Origin: an uncultured Candidatus Poseidoniales archaeon
Lineage (GTDB): Archaea > Thermoplasmatota > Poseidoniia > Poseidoniales > Thalassarchaeaceae
DNA: 64,000 nt
Assembly (NCBI GenBank): GCA_964003245.1
Contig: CAXFIU010000001.1
Span: 20,589-84,588 of the forward strand
Direction of reading: 5' to 3'
The notes beneath the pieces are model-generated. The model did not search any database and was not told where the DNA came from. It saw nothing but the letters and a program-made list of their open reading frames with translations. Both the position numbers and the translations under genes were made by a program. Below are positions 40,206-49,946 of the stretch, piece after piece (position 1 is the first letter of the stretch; the number at the start of each line of letters is the position of its first letter).

Positions 40206-41399
40206 ATGGCAATTGATGTAGTACCAGAATCAAAAACTCTCCATATCAAAAAATTACGTTTTAGATGGCAAGTACTTCTGTTACAAACTTTATCTACAGT
40301 TTCTCTATTATTTTTAATGCGTAAGATGAGTGAATTATATGGTGAATGTTCTGATAAGTTTGTCGCAAACTCAGGTTCAGATGGTTGGTGTCCAGCATAC
40401 GAACACACTAGAGGTTTGAGATGGATGGAATCTAATGGAAATACTATTTTACCTAATTTTATCACTGGAATTAATGAATCTGGTTTTGATGCGTTTACTA
40501 TGCCTTTGATACTATGTGTTGTTTTGACTGCATTATGGGTATTCGTGCAAACACGCGGAGAAAGAACTCAATTAATTATTAAAAGAACATTAAGTATAAT
40601 CTTGGCTTCTTGGTTCCTTCTTCCATTCCTAATTTCTTGGTTAATAGGCATGGTTTCATATGGCCCTTATCTTCCAATAGGAAATGCTGATGAGCAATAT
40701 AATCATATCGAATTAGTTTTAGTTCCATTCGAGTTTTTCTTTGAATTAATCTTTTTTGGTATTGTATTTGCTCCAATTCTTATAGGTTTAATGGGAATTT
40801 GGGGTCTTTCTAAGAGGATGATTACATGGGCTACAGGTTACTTTTTGATGGTGATTGGAATCCATGCAATGTTGACATTTGAAGGGGTAACCACCGCAGT
40901 AGATGTTGGATTGAGACCTCTATCTGCCCAAATTGGTGAAGCGACCTTATTTGGAGGATTAATTTCTCCATTAGCGTTTGATTTACTTACAGTAGCTATA
41001 CTATTGTTGGTATTCTTAGAATCTGGATTAGCAGTAATAACAAATCTTGAGTATACTTCTGTGCTTCCCGAAGCATCGAAGAATGATCCAGAATATGTCA
41101 ATCAATTTAATAATATTATTAATGGACATCTAATACACTTATTCGGAATAATGATTGTTGTAAGTTTAACAACAGCCCTTGCTCTTGAATTTGATGATTT
41201 CTTAATTTCATTCGTTGGGTTCTTAGAAGGTTCTCAATGGTCTGGTCAAGTAAAGGAGTCTTTAGAATTACAACTAACTTATGGTAAAGTAATTTCAGCA
41301 TCATTATTCATGATTGTTGTTGCCGGCGGACGATTCGTAATTCCTTGGCAAAGACTTACCGGAGTTATTGAGACAGGCCTTTCAAAAATTAGAAATTAG
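40206..41399 (+). CDS. Hypothetical polytopic membrane protein (third gene of DUF4350/DUF58 unit)
   Basis: AAGGAGG SD 8 nt upstream; about 9 TM segments; N-terminal Cys-containing extracytoplasmic stretch. Confidence 0.4.
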   Translation: MAIDVVPESKTLHIKKLRFRWQVLLLQTLSTVSLLFLMRKMSELYGECSDKFVANSGSDGWCPAYEHTRGLRWMESNGNTILPNFITGINESGFDAFTMPLILCVVLTALWVFVQTRGERTQLIIKRTLSIILASWFLLPFLISWLIGMVSYGPYLPIGNADEQYNHIELVLVPFEFFFELIFFGIVFAPILIGLMGIWGLSKRMITWATGYFLMVIGIHAMLTFEGVTTAVDVGLRPLSAQIGEATLFGGLISPLAFDLLTVAILLLVFLESGLAVITNLEYTSVLPEASKNDPEYVNQFNNIINGHLIHLFGIMIVVSLTTALALEFDDFLISFVGFLEGSQWSGQVKESLELQLTYGKVISASLFMIVVAGGRFVIPWQRLTGVIETGLSKIRN

Positions 41400-41671
41400 C
41401 TCAATCTTAAAATTTTATGAAGAGCTCCCCAAATAAAAATAATTAATACAAATTCAATAACTATGATTATAATATTATTTTCAATACCCAAAGATTGCGG
41501 AAGTTCCACAATCTGTTCTTGAAATAAGATTGTTATTAAAATAGTAATGAAAACTAAAAAACGATGTAACCAAGGACCAAATCTACTTACTTCATTTTCA
41601 TTGGTTAAGGAGGTGTGGTCATTCATACCTCTATCAGGGGTATCGGGGTCATCAATCCATCGCTTAATCAC
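41396..41671 (-). CDS. Possible small two-TM membrane protein
   Basis: 91-aa ORF convergent on the preceding operon; hydrophobic C-terminal half; may be spurious. Confidence 0.25.
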   Translation of the reverse strand: MIKRWIDDPDTPDRGMNDHTSLTNENEVSRFGPWLHRFLVFITILITILFQEQIVELPQSLGIENNIIIIVIEFVLIIFIWGALHKILRLS

Positions 41672-41718
41672 TATCTTTGACTCGTTGGGTTCAAGCGGAG
41701 AATACTTGACGGCACATT

Positions 41719-42714
41719 ATGGATGGAGGGCTCTCGATACAATCCTGCAGTCAATGTAGGGAACCATCCATTCTATTTCAGGAATATAGTGGTCAACATT
41801 TGTGTGGTAAACATTTAGCTTCATCAATCCGGAAAAGAGTAGCTAAGGAAGTTCGTTTACAGATTAATCTACCTAAAGATGCTAGACATTCTGATGGTAC
41901 TCCATTCAGAATATTTGTAGCTATTTCTGGGGGTAAAGACTCAGCAGTGTTATTGAGTATGCTTGTCGATATTATTGGCCAAAGAAGAGATGTAGAAATT
42001 ATTTCTGGCTGTATAGACGAGGGTATTGATGGCTATCGTTCTCCTTCACTTGAACTTGCAAGAGAACTTTCCGAATCTCTAGATGTAAGATTTGAAACTT
42101 TATCATATGAGGAAATGGGGTATGATAGGATGGATAATGTAGTAAATAAAATGGATGTTATTGGAGAAAACAATCCTGATGCTAAGGGAATGATGCCATG
42201 TTCTTATTGTGGAGTTTTTAGAAGACAGGGAATCAATGCTTTAGCAGAGAAAGTTGGAGCCGACATTATGGCTTTGGGACATAATCTCGACGATATGGCT
42301 CAATCAATAATAATGAATTTTCAGAAAGGAAATATCGAGAGATCGGTCCGATTGGCCCCTCATACTGATGATCCAATAGAGGGTCTTGCACCTAGAGTTG
42401 TTCCTCTACGTTGGATTCCTGAGCAAGAGATTCATGCTCATGCAATTTCCTCAAATTTACCTATTCATGATGGGGATTGCCCCCATGCCCCTGGTGCAAT
42501 GAGACAATTAAGTCGCAGAATAATTGCTGATATGGAAACAATTACTCCAGGTTCTAGGCATGGTTTATTGCATTCTTTAGATCAAATACGTAAGTTATAC
42601 AAAGAAGTCAATCCTATTAAATCAGAAATTAAGAATTGTGAGGAGTGTGGTGAAATAACTAGTAGAAGGATTTGTCAAGCCTGTACTATGAAACGTTGGT
42701 TAGAAGAAAATTAA
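41719..42714 (+). CDS. PP-loop ATP pyrophosphatase, tRNA thiolation enzyme (Ncs6/NcsA/TtuA-like) with N- and C-terminal zinc fingers
   Basis: VAISGGKDSAVLLSML PP-loop (SGGKDS); CSQC...C..H N-terminal and CEECGE...CQAC C-terminal zinc motifs. Confidence 0.7.
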   Translation: MDGGLSIQSCSQCREPSILFQEYSGQHLCGKHLASSIRKRVAKEVRLQINLPKDARHSDGTPFRIFVAISGGKDSAVLLSMLVDIIGQRRDVEIISGCIDEGIDGYRSPSLELARELSESLDVRFETLSYEEMGYDRMDNVVNKMDVIGENNPDAKGMMPCSYCGVFRRQGINALAEKVGADIMALGHNLDDMAQSIIMNFQKGNIERSVRLAPHTDDPIEGLAPRVVPLRWIPEQEIHAHAISSNLPIHDGDCPHAPGAMRQLSRRIIADMETITPGSRHGLLHSLDQIRKLYKEVNPIKSEIKNCEECGEITSRRICQACTMKRWLEEN

Positions 42715-43178
42715 ATTATAAAATCAACAATTTCATTGATATCTTGATTCTTACCACAATATGAACATCGTATTTCCATAGGTTCTGCAGAAATAATCTT
42801 TAATTTATGAGGCAAAGGCTCACGAGGATTCTGAGTTATACAATTTGAAAATGAACATCTTACTATGTTTATTAATTCTGAACCAAGTTCGATAGTTCTT
42901 TTCTCTGCGACATGATAATTTCGAATAATTGCAACAGATGCTTTTGGAGCGATAAGAGCTAAACGATCCAATTCTTCCTGATTTAATTCCCTATCTTCAA
43001 TTTTCAAAACATCTTTTCTGCCCATTTTTCCGCTAGGGACATTCATTACCATAGAAATTGGATTAGATCTTCCAACATCTAATCTTAACATTTTCAGCAC
43101 TTGTAATGCATGACCTGATGGTATATGGTCGATTGCAGTGCCATTACAAATTGCAGTCACACGTCTCATTTCACTCAT
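42711..43178 (-). CDS. pyrI: Aspartate carbamoyltransferase regulatory subunit
   Basis: N-terminus MSEMRRVTAICNGTAIDHIP and C-terminal Zn site CSYCGK; 4-nt overlap with pyrB. Confidence 0.85.
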   Translation of the reverse strand: MSEMRRVTAICNGTAIDHIPSGHALQVLKMLRLDVGRSNPISMVMNVPSGKMGRKDVLKIEDRELNQEELDRLALIAPKASVAIIRNYHVAEKRTIELGSELINIVRCSFSNCITQNPREPLPHKLKIISAEPMEIRCSYCGKNQDINEIVDFII

Positions 43179-44107
43179 TTATTCACCTTCTTTGGAATCT
43201 TTACTCCTAAACTTTTGCATAGTAAAGCCATTCTAGTCGGAACTCCATTGAATGCTTGCTGAAAATATCTAGCATGTCTTGTTGAATCAACACTGGCATG
43301 TAATTCATTCACTCTTGGTAGAGGGTGCATGACTATCATTTCTGCTTTAGCTCCTGATAGATCATCTTTTGTTAATTTATAAATTCCTGCTACTTTGATG
43401 TATTCATCTTCATCTGGGAATCTTTCTTTCTGTATTCTTGTCATGTATATCACATCAGCAGAATCAATTGATGATGACATTTCTTCTGTTTCATTTATAT
43501 CTCCGCCATGATTTTTCAAATCTGAAACTATTTCATCAGGCATTCTAAGTGATTCGGGTGAAACTAGAGTTATTTTAGCTCCAAATCTAACTAATGCATG
43601 AGATAAGCTATGTGTTGTTCTTCCATATCTAAGATCTCCTACCATCATTACATTCAAACCTTCAAGGCTACCATGAGCTTCCCGAATTGTGAATAAATCT
43701 AGCATAGTTTGCGTTGGATGGTTACCTGCTCCATCTCCACCATTTAACACTGGTATTTCCACAGCATCTGCACTATATTGGGCAGCCCCCTGATTTGGGT
43801 GTCTAATGACGGCGATATCTGCGTATCCATCTACCATCTGCATAGTATCATACAGAGTTTCACCTTTGGCTACTGAAGAGCCAATGGAACTTAGGTTCAA
43901 AACTTCACCACCTAATCTTTTCATAGCAGTTTCAAATGACATTCGAGTACGTGTGGAATTCTCAAAGAATAGATTCCCTAAAACCTTCCCTTGAAGTAAA
44001 GGCAAGTATACTTCACCTTTGGCAACCGGCAATAAGCTTCTTGCATTATCAAGTACTTGCAATATCTCTTCATTTGTTAAATCATCCATCGTGATAAGGT
44101 CGCCCAT
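43175..44107 (-). CDS. pyrB: Aspartate carbamoyltransferase catalytic subunit
   Basis: FFENSTRTRMSFETA (STRTR carbamoyl-phosphate motif), HPLP-like HPLPR motif (MHPLPRVNE). Confidence 0.9.
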   Translation of the reverse strand: MGDLITMDDLTNEEILQVLDNARSLLPVAKGEVYLPLLQGKVLGNLFFENSTRTRMSFETAMKRLGGEVLNLSSIGSSVAKGETLYDTMQMVDGYADIAVIRHPNQGAAQYSADAVEIPVLNGGDGAGNHPTQTMLDLFTIREAHGSLEGLNVMMVGDLRYGRTTHSLSHALVRFGAKITLVSPESLRMPDEIVSDLKNHGGDINETEEMSSSIDSADVIYMTRIQKERFPDEDEYIKVAGIYKLTKDDLSGAKAEMIVMHPLPRVNELHASVDSTRHARYFQQAFNGVPTRMALLCKSLGVKIPKKVNK

Positions 44108-44223
44108 ACTCGTTCCCCTAGTTAATCGCGTCAGAAGTCGGTCATATGTATTGCCCTCTAAGTATAACCTTTGATGACCGTATTCCGCTGTCTTGATGAA
44201 TAATGAATTATCCCATAAGCCTG

Positions 44224-45213
44224 ATGATAATCAGTCGGACCCCAGTTCGAGTTTCATTTTGTGGAGGTGGAACCGACGTAGATTGGTTCTCTACGTCATC
44301 TGAAAAAGGCGGAATGGTTACATCTCTGGCCATTGATAGATATATCCATGTAATTGTCAATAGGCGTTTTGATGAAAGAATTAGACTATCTTATTCAAAG
44401 TTAGAAGTTGTAGATAATTTTGAAGATCTTGAACATGAATTAGTTCGTGAATCAATGAGAATAACTGGCGTCACTTCTGGAGTCGAAATAACTACAATAG
44501 CCGATATTCCATCTAGAGGTACTGGTTTAGGGTCTTCTTCTGCCGTTACTGTAGGTTTGCTAAATGCTTTACATTGCTTCGCAGGGCGAAATGTTTCGGC
44601 GTCTCAATTGGCATCTGAAGCATGTGAAATTGAAATTAAGATATTAGGACAGCCTATTGGTAGACAAGATCAATATGCTGCAGCCTTCGGTGGAATAAAC
44701 TCCATCAAATTCTGTTCTGATGGCAATGTAATCGTCGATCCAATTAATATTTCCGAAAAAATACAGTCAAATATTTCAGATGAATTCACTCTTATCTTCA
44801 CTGGTCAGAATCGTTCCGCCTCTGCTGTACTATTAAATTCAGAAGAAGAGGGAAAATCTGCTATTGATAATTTAATTAGAATAAGGGAACAGGCAGATGA
44901 AGCGAGAGATTTTCTTTCTTCAGGAGATCTATCAAAACTAGGTCTCCTTCTCAATGAAGCATGGTCTATGAAAAGAGGTATTTCTTCAAATGTAAGTAAC
45001 GATTTCCTTGATGAGATGTATAGCCAAATAATGTCTACTGGCGCTAATGGCGCTAAATTATTAGGTGCTGGAGGGGGGGGATTCTTCCTTGTCCATGGAG
45101 ACCAACAACTTCGTGAAAAATTACAGTCCAATTTCTCTTCTGAGCATAGAATGTTGCCTCTGAACATTGACTTTAATGGTTCATCAATCATTTTTAATGA
45201 TTCAAGAGTGTGA
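44224..45213 (+). CDS. GHMP-family sugar kinase (D-glycero-D-manno-heptose-7-phosphate kinase HddA-like)
   Basis: SRTPVRVSFCGGGTDVDWF N-terminal motif and PSRGTGLGSSSAVTVG GHMP ATP-binding loop; start could be 44203. Confidence 0.6.
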   Translation: MIISRTPVRVSFCGGGTDVDWFSTSSEKGGMVTSLAIDRYIHVIVNRRFDERIRLSYSKLEVVDNFEDLEHELVRESMRITGVTSGVEITTIADIPSRGTGLGSSSAVTVGLLNALHCFAGRNVSASQLASEACEIEIKILGQPIGRQDQYAAAFGGINSIKFCSDGNVIVDPINISEKIQSNISDEFTLIFTGQNRSASAVLLNSEEEGKSAIDNLIRIREQADEARDFLSSGDLSKLGLLLNEAWSMKRGISSNVSNDFLDEMYSQIMSTGANGAKLLGAGGGGFFLVHGDQQLREKLQSNFSSEHRMLPLNIDFNGSSIIFNDSRV

Positions 45214-45217
45214 AAAG

Positions 45218-47323
45218 ATGAACAAAAAAATATTCTCATTTGTATTGATGTTGCTAGTTATTTTTAGCCTGAATAACACTTCTGTAAGTGCTACAAATGA
45301 TCAAAATATTGGCGATGAAGATATTATCTCTTCAATTACAGGATATTCAAAGTTTATCATAGAAGAAGAAATAAAAGTTAATTCACAGTTTAATGCATCT
45401 TGGGAGTCATCTATAATTCTCTCTGATCAGATTGGAACTGATCTTCTTCAGAACTCGGAATTAGGACTTAGGGCCCAAATTGATATTCATTTAGGAAATT
45501 CTGATGGCTTTGTAGATTCAAATGAATCAGATTTATTCGATCAATTATTTCGTATAGAAAGGAACTGGACCAATTCTGAAAATGGTGGTTGCTGTATTTT
45601 TGATTATAATCCTCTTTATTCACCCCAAGGAGTTAATTTACTTACATCTAAAGTAGTATCAGGTCCAATAGAATTAGAAAACTCCACATGGGGGTGGAAT
45701 GAGTCAACTGATTTGATAGGGCAGACAGATAGTCGAGCTACTAGAATTATCGACTTTCCAAGAGTCGGTTCATTAGTTGAAGAAGTTCCGTTAATGATTT
45801 TCCTTCCAGCAGATTGGGAATACACATATAGTGCAATGGGAGAAATATTTTCCGGAGAACCAGGTGAATTTATTGTAAATCGGTCCGAAGCAAATGTTGC
45901 AAGTAATATTCGAGTAACAATTTCTAATAATCAAATGCCCAATGCTCTGGGTTACAGAACTTCAACTGGAACAATGATTACTTTAACCTCTAATACATTA
46001 TATTATGGAGAATGTGAAGATAGTACTTTAGATCATAATCAACAATGGTGGACATTGTCAAACAATGGCGCTCTTGTTTTGACACACTATGGATCTAGTC
46101 TAAGTTTCATTTCTCAAGATTATGGTTTCCAAGAAGGAGATGTTGCTAGTATAGTTATGCATTGTAAAGATTGGTTTAATGTCACAGATACATGGCATGA
46201 AGATATAGTTATTGACTCTATTTTCCCAACTTGGGAATCAGTAATCTCTTACATAAATGATGATAATGAGAGAATTATACTTGATATTAATCAATCTATC
46301 GAAGTTAAATCAGATACAAGTATTTCATTTAATATTTCAGCAGATGATCCTAATTCTGAGTCACCTGTGGATATTAAGATCATATCAAATAAGACTCCTA
46401 ATTATATTCATAGAGATGTAAATAATTTAGCTTTCTCAGATGTATTTTATCAAAATAATGATGTAAACGGACTCCATCTAAATCTTTCTGAACGTCATAA
46501 AGCTAAGTATCCTACATCATGGTCAGTTAATCTGACAATTTCTGATGGTGCAGGGAATACGATTTATGAAGAATGGGAAATAATTGTTTTAGATGGTATA
46601 GGGCCAACAATAGTTCCTGACTTAATAATCAATAATCAATCGATTTCATCTAATAACCTCGCTAGAGAGGGTGATCTAATTACAATCTCTCTACAACAGT
46701 CTTTTGATGATTTAGATTCAATTAATGATACAAAATGGTCTCTATCAATTGATAATAAAGTAATTTCTGATAATGTTACAATGAATCAAATAGATAAAAT
46801 GACTCTCGGACCGTTCACTTCTGGAACTCATATCTTTAGTATAGACGCATATGATTCTTCTTTGAATCATCAGAATCTTGCATTTGGATTAGCAGTTTCT
46901 CCAAGTCTGGGAGTAGATATTGAATTAATTTCTACCGAAGTTGATGGTCAATTGATTGAGGGAAATACGGTTTTATTTTCAGCATCTATGAAAAACAATA
47001 GAGCATCTTCTGGATCTGGACAATTTTGTGTAAATAGTCAATGTGGGCCATTTGTTGGAGTACCCGCTGCAAATTCTAACTCTCCAGGATATTTCGATGT
47101 AGAATTGAGTTTTGAGTTGAGCAGTTCGACTCCGATTACTACATATTTTAAGTGGCAAAGTGAGAGTGCCGGAGATAATGGTCAAATAAATATTGAATCT
47201 GACATTCCAGTTGAACCATCTTGGCAAAAACCCATACAAACAGTTTTGTTAGTCTTTGTATCTTTATCATTATTTGTTATTATTGTTAATCGCCTCTGGG
47301 GAGTAGATTCTCAAAGGCCATAA
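45218..47323 (+). CDS. Large exported surface protein, N-glycosylation-sequon rich, C-terminal TM anchor
   Basis: Signal peptide MNKKIFSFVLMLLVIFSLNNTSVSA; more than 25 NxS/T sequons; C-terminal TM VLLVFVSLSLFVIIV then short basic tail. Confidence 0.5.
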   Translation: MNKKIFSFVLMLLVIFSLNNTSVSATNDQNIGDEDIISSITGYSKFIIEEEIKVNSQFNASWESSIILSDQIGTDLLQNSELGLRAQIDIHLGNSDGFVDSNESDLFDQLFRIERNWTNSENGGCCIFDYNPLYSPQGVNLLTSKVVSGPIELENSTWGWNESTDLIGQTDSRATRIIDFPRVGSLVEEVPLMIFLPADWEYTYSAMGEIFSGEPGEFIVNRSEANVASNIRVTISNNQMPNALGYRTSTGTMITLTSNTLYYGECEDSTLDHNQQWWTLSNNGALVLTHYGSSLSFISQDYGFQEGDVASIVMHCKDWFNVTDTWHEDIVIDSIFPTWESVISYINDDNERIILDINQSIEVKSDTSISFNISADDPNSESPVDIKIISNKTPNYIHRDVNNLAFSDVFYQNNDVNGLHLNLSERHKAKYPTSWSVNLTISDGAGNTIYEEWEIIVLDGIGPTIVPDLIINNQSISSNNLAREGDLITISLQQSFDDLDSINDTKWSLSIDNKVISDNVTMNQIDKMTLGPFTSGTHIFSIDAYDSSLNHQNLAFGLAVSPSLGVDIELISTEVDGQLIEGNTVLFSASMKNNRASSGSGQFCVNSQCGPFVGVPAANSNSPGYFDVELSFELSSSTPITTYFKWQSESAGDNGQINIESDIPVEPSWQKPIQTVLLVFVSLSLFVIIVNRLWGVDSQRP

Positions 47324-47375
47324 TCTGAAACAAATATCCGCAGCACTCATGAGTCATAACATATTGTGATTAATT

Positions 47376-49094
47376 GTGATTCTACTACCCGACTACCCTG
47401 ATCGAGTGATTCGAGATCATAGAGTTCGAGTTGAAAGAATAGCATTATCTGTAACTTTCTTACTTATTTTTTCCGCATCATGGTGGTTATTTTCTGGTTT
47501 ATTTGGTTCACCAGAGATATTACCTCGTTTAGGTCCAATATCTATGATATTTATTTCTTCATTAGTTGTAATTGACTTGATTGATTATGGACTGATTCAG
47601 AGATCTAGGTTAGGTGTAATTGCCAATATCTCTTATCCTAGTCTTTTAGCACTATCTGTCTCTAATATCGGATATAATGATGCCTTAATATCGGGATTAA
47701 TATATTTCCTATTAGCAATATTTCTCTGGTCTGTTGCTAGGAAAAACCTCTCCATAACTCATTCATCTAGGAGATGGAGAGGATTAACTAGTTTTCTCGG
47801 ACTCGCATTTTCAGCCTCAATTATGTATTCCATTTCGTCGGAAATGTACGTTTATTTATTTGTCTTAATTTGTGTACTAGTAACTATGGCGCCTGATTTA
47901 CTATCCAAGGATGAAAATTACAAATCAAGGAAAAAATTCACCAAGAAACTTGATGCCGTTGAGGGGCAGGTGTTACTATTACGGAGCAAAGGAATCTCTC
48001 TAGAACAAGCCTCCTCAATTTTGAAGAAAGCAAGAGAGGAATGTTGGAATGATCCTGAGAGAGGTATGGGGATGATCTCACTTGCTGAAGAAGAAATTGA
48101 ACGAGTTCAAGCGTTGGCTAAAGACTTAGATGACATAAGACAAGAAACTCATCTTTTTTTGAAGAAAGCAGAATCTATAGCTCCTGGAATAAATGGTCCA
48201 AGGAATGCATTTGAATCTGGAGAAAAAGAATCTGATTTCGGGTCATTGAGGGAGGCAGAGATATTCTTCCGGCTTTCCAAAAAGAAGTCCGAGGAGGTAA
48301 TTCAGTATTGGCAAAATGCAATTGATGAAATTGCAAGCGCTGAAGAACTAATTTCTAATATCAAACAGATTCAATTAGACTCAATAAAAAACATAATTGA
48401 TTCTGCCAAGGAAGCACTTGAATCGGAAAATCCAATTGAAGCAATTAAAATAGCTTCTTCAGTTTCCGGACATCTTGACAGTTTAGAAGCTACCACAATA
48501 GAGGCCAAAGAAGCAATAATAGAAGCAGAAAAGGCGATTGAAGAGGTTGATGATAGTTTCTCAATTAGTACCAAAGAGAGATTATTAGAGTCAAAGAATG
48601 CTTTAGAATCAGGAAACTCTTCCCTTGCTAAAGGATTGGCTACAAGTATTCTCAGAGATATAAATAAGGTTTCTGAATCTATGCAGAAAGTACAACGAGG
48701 ACTTAGGCAGAAGAAAAAATTGATTGCAAGATTCCCTACTGGTCAATCTGGTGATCAATGGAGAAATGAATTGAAGAATATTGAAGATAAAGTAGATTTA
48801 GAACAGTGGGTTGAAGCATCTAGACTCTTAGAATCACTTACCAAAGATCTTCAAATATATGAAAAATCAAAATCAGAGGCTTTAGAATTATACACTTTTG
48901 TAGAAAGTGAGTGGATGGACTTAAGGAAAAAACTAGATTCTTCTAATATTAAAGTCAATGACTCAATGAGAATGAATGCTGAGAATAAAATTTCTGAATG
49001 TAAGAGATTATTAGATGAGGGAGATATAGATTCTACACTTTCATTATTGGGAGAAACTGATGAAATCATCGAGAACCTTAGACGAAGAATCTAG
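47376..49094 (+). CDS. Membrane protein: N-terminal 4-5 TM domain + about 370-aa cytoplasmic coiled-coil/alpha-helical domain
   Basis: Hydrophobic N-terminal third; remainder highly charged with heptad-like E/K/L periodicity; GTG start per ORF track. Confidence 0.4.
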   Translation: MILLPDYPDRVIRDHRVRVERIALSVTFLLIFSASWWLFSGLFGSPEILPRLGPISMIFISSLVVIDLIDYGLIQRSRLGVIANISYPSLLALSVSNIGYNDALISGLIYFLLAIFLWSVARKNLSITHSSRRWRGLTSFLGLAFSASIMYSISSEMYVYLFVLICVLVTMAPDLLSKDENYKSRKKFTKKLDAVEGQVLLLRSKGISLEQASSILKKAREECWNDPERGMGMISLAEEEIERVQALAKDLDDIRQETHLFLKKAESIAPGINGPRNAFESGEKESDFGSLREAEIFFRLSKKKSEEVIQYWQNAIDEIASAEELISNIKQIQLDSIKNIIDSAKEALESENPIEAIKIASSVSGHLDSLEATTIEAKEAIIEAEKAIEEVDDSFSISTKERLLESKNALESGNSSLAKGLATSILRDINKVSESMQKVQRGLRQKKKLIARFPTGQSGDQWRNELKNIEDKVDLEQWVEASRLLESLTKDLQIYEKSKSEALELYTFVESEWMDLRKKLDSSNIKVNDSMRMNAENKISECKRLLDEGDIDSTLSLLGETDEIIENLRRRI

Positions 49095-49930
49095 GGGTCA
49101 TTTTTATTTTTATCTACACAATATGGGCAGTAAGAATCAAATTTATAATCATTAGATCTTCTTTCTTTATTCGTTAGAGGTTCTCTACAAGCGAAGCACA
49201 TTGAGTATTCTGTTTCATTTAACTCGGTATCTACTGCCACTCTTTGATCAAAGACGAAACAGTCTCCATTCCAATAAGAACCATCAGTTTCTTCAAAATA
49301 TCCAAGAATGCCGCCTTCTAATTGTTTAACATTTTCAAATCCCGCATTCATCATTACTACTGATGCCTTTTCACATCTGATTCCACCTGTACAATACATC
49401 ACTATTTGTTTTGTTTTATATTCTTCAGGGAGGTCCGAGATGGCTTCTGGAAAATCTCTAAATGTTGACAAATTTAGATCAATTGCATTCTCAAATAGGC
49501 CCACTCTAGTCTCATAATCATTTCTTGTATCTAGAATTAATATATCTTCATTATTATCTAACATATTCTTAAATTCTTGAGGTTTGATATTAGGGGCAGT
49601 GAATTCTGCGGGTCTAACTTCATCTAAACCCAATGAAATAATTTCTTTCTTAAGTCTAACAAGCATTCTTCTAAATGGTTGGTAATCGGTATAACTTATT
49701 TTTAATGGTATATTGACGAATCTTTTATCAGATTCTAGGAATTCTATGTAAGAATCTATAGATTTTTTATTTCCAGCAAGAAAGAAATTGATTCCGTTCT
49801 TACTCAATAAAATAGTTCCTTTTAGATTTAGTTTCTCACAAATAAATCGGAACGGTTGTCTTAGCTCGTCTCTATCATTTAGATCTACAAAGCGATAACC
49901 AGCAATATTTACTATTTTCTCCTCTTCCAT
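49091..49930 (-). CDS. trhO: Rhodanese-domain tRNA uridine(34) hydroxylase-like protein (TrhO/YceA family)
   Basis: UPF0176-type N-terminus IAGYRFVDL, rhodanese active-site loop CTGGIRCEKAS, C-terminal Cys cluster CFAC...CPYC. Confidence 0.7.
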   Translation of the reverse strand: MEEEKIVNIAGYRFVDLNDRDELRQPFRFICEKLNLKGTILLSKNGINFFLAGNKKSIDSYIEFLESDKRFVNIPLKISYTDYQPFRRMLVRLKKEIISLGLDEVRPAEFTAPNIKPQEFKNMLDNNEDILILDTRNDYETRVGLFENAIDLNLSTFRDFPEAISDLPEEYKTKQIVMYCTGGIRCEKASVVMMNAGFENVKQLEGGILGYFEETDGSYWNGDCFVFDQRVAVDTELNETEYSMCFACREPLTNKERRSNDYKFDSYCPYCVDKNKNDP

Positions 49931-49946
49931 ATAGACGCCTCAATAT

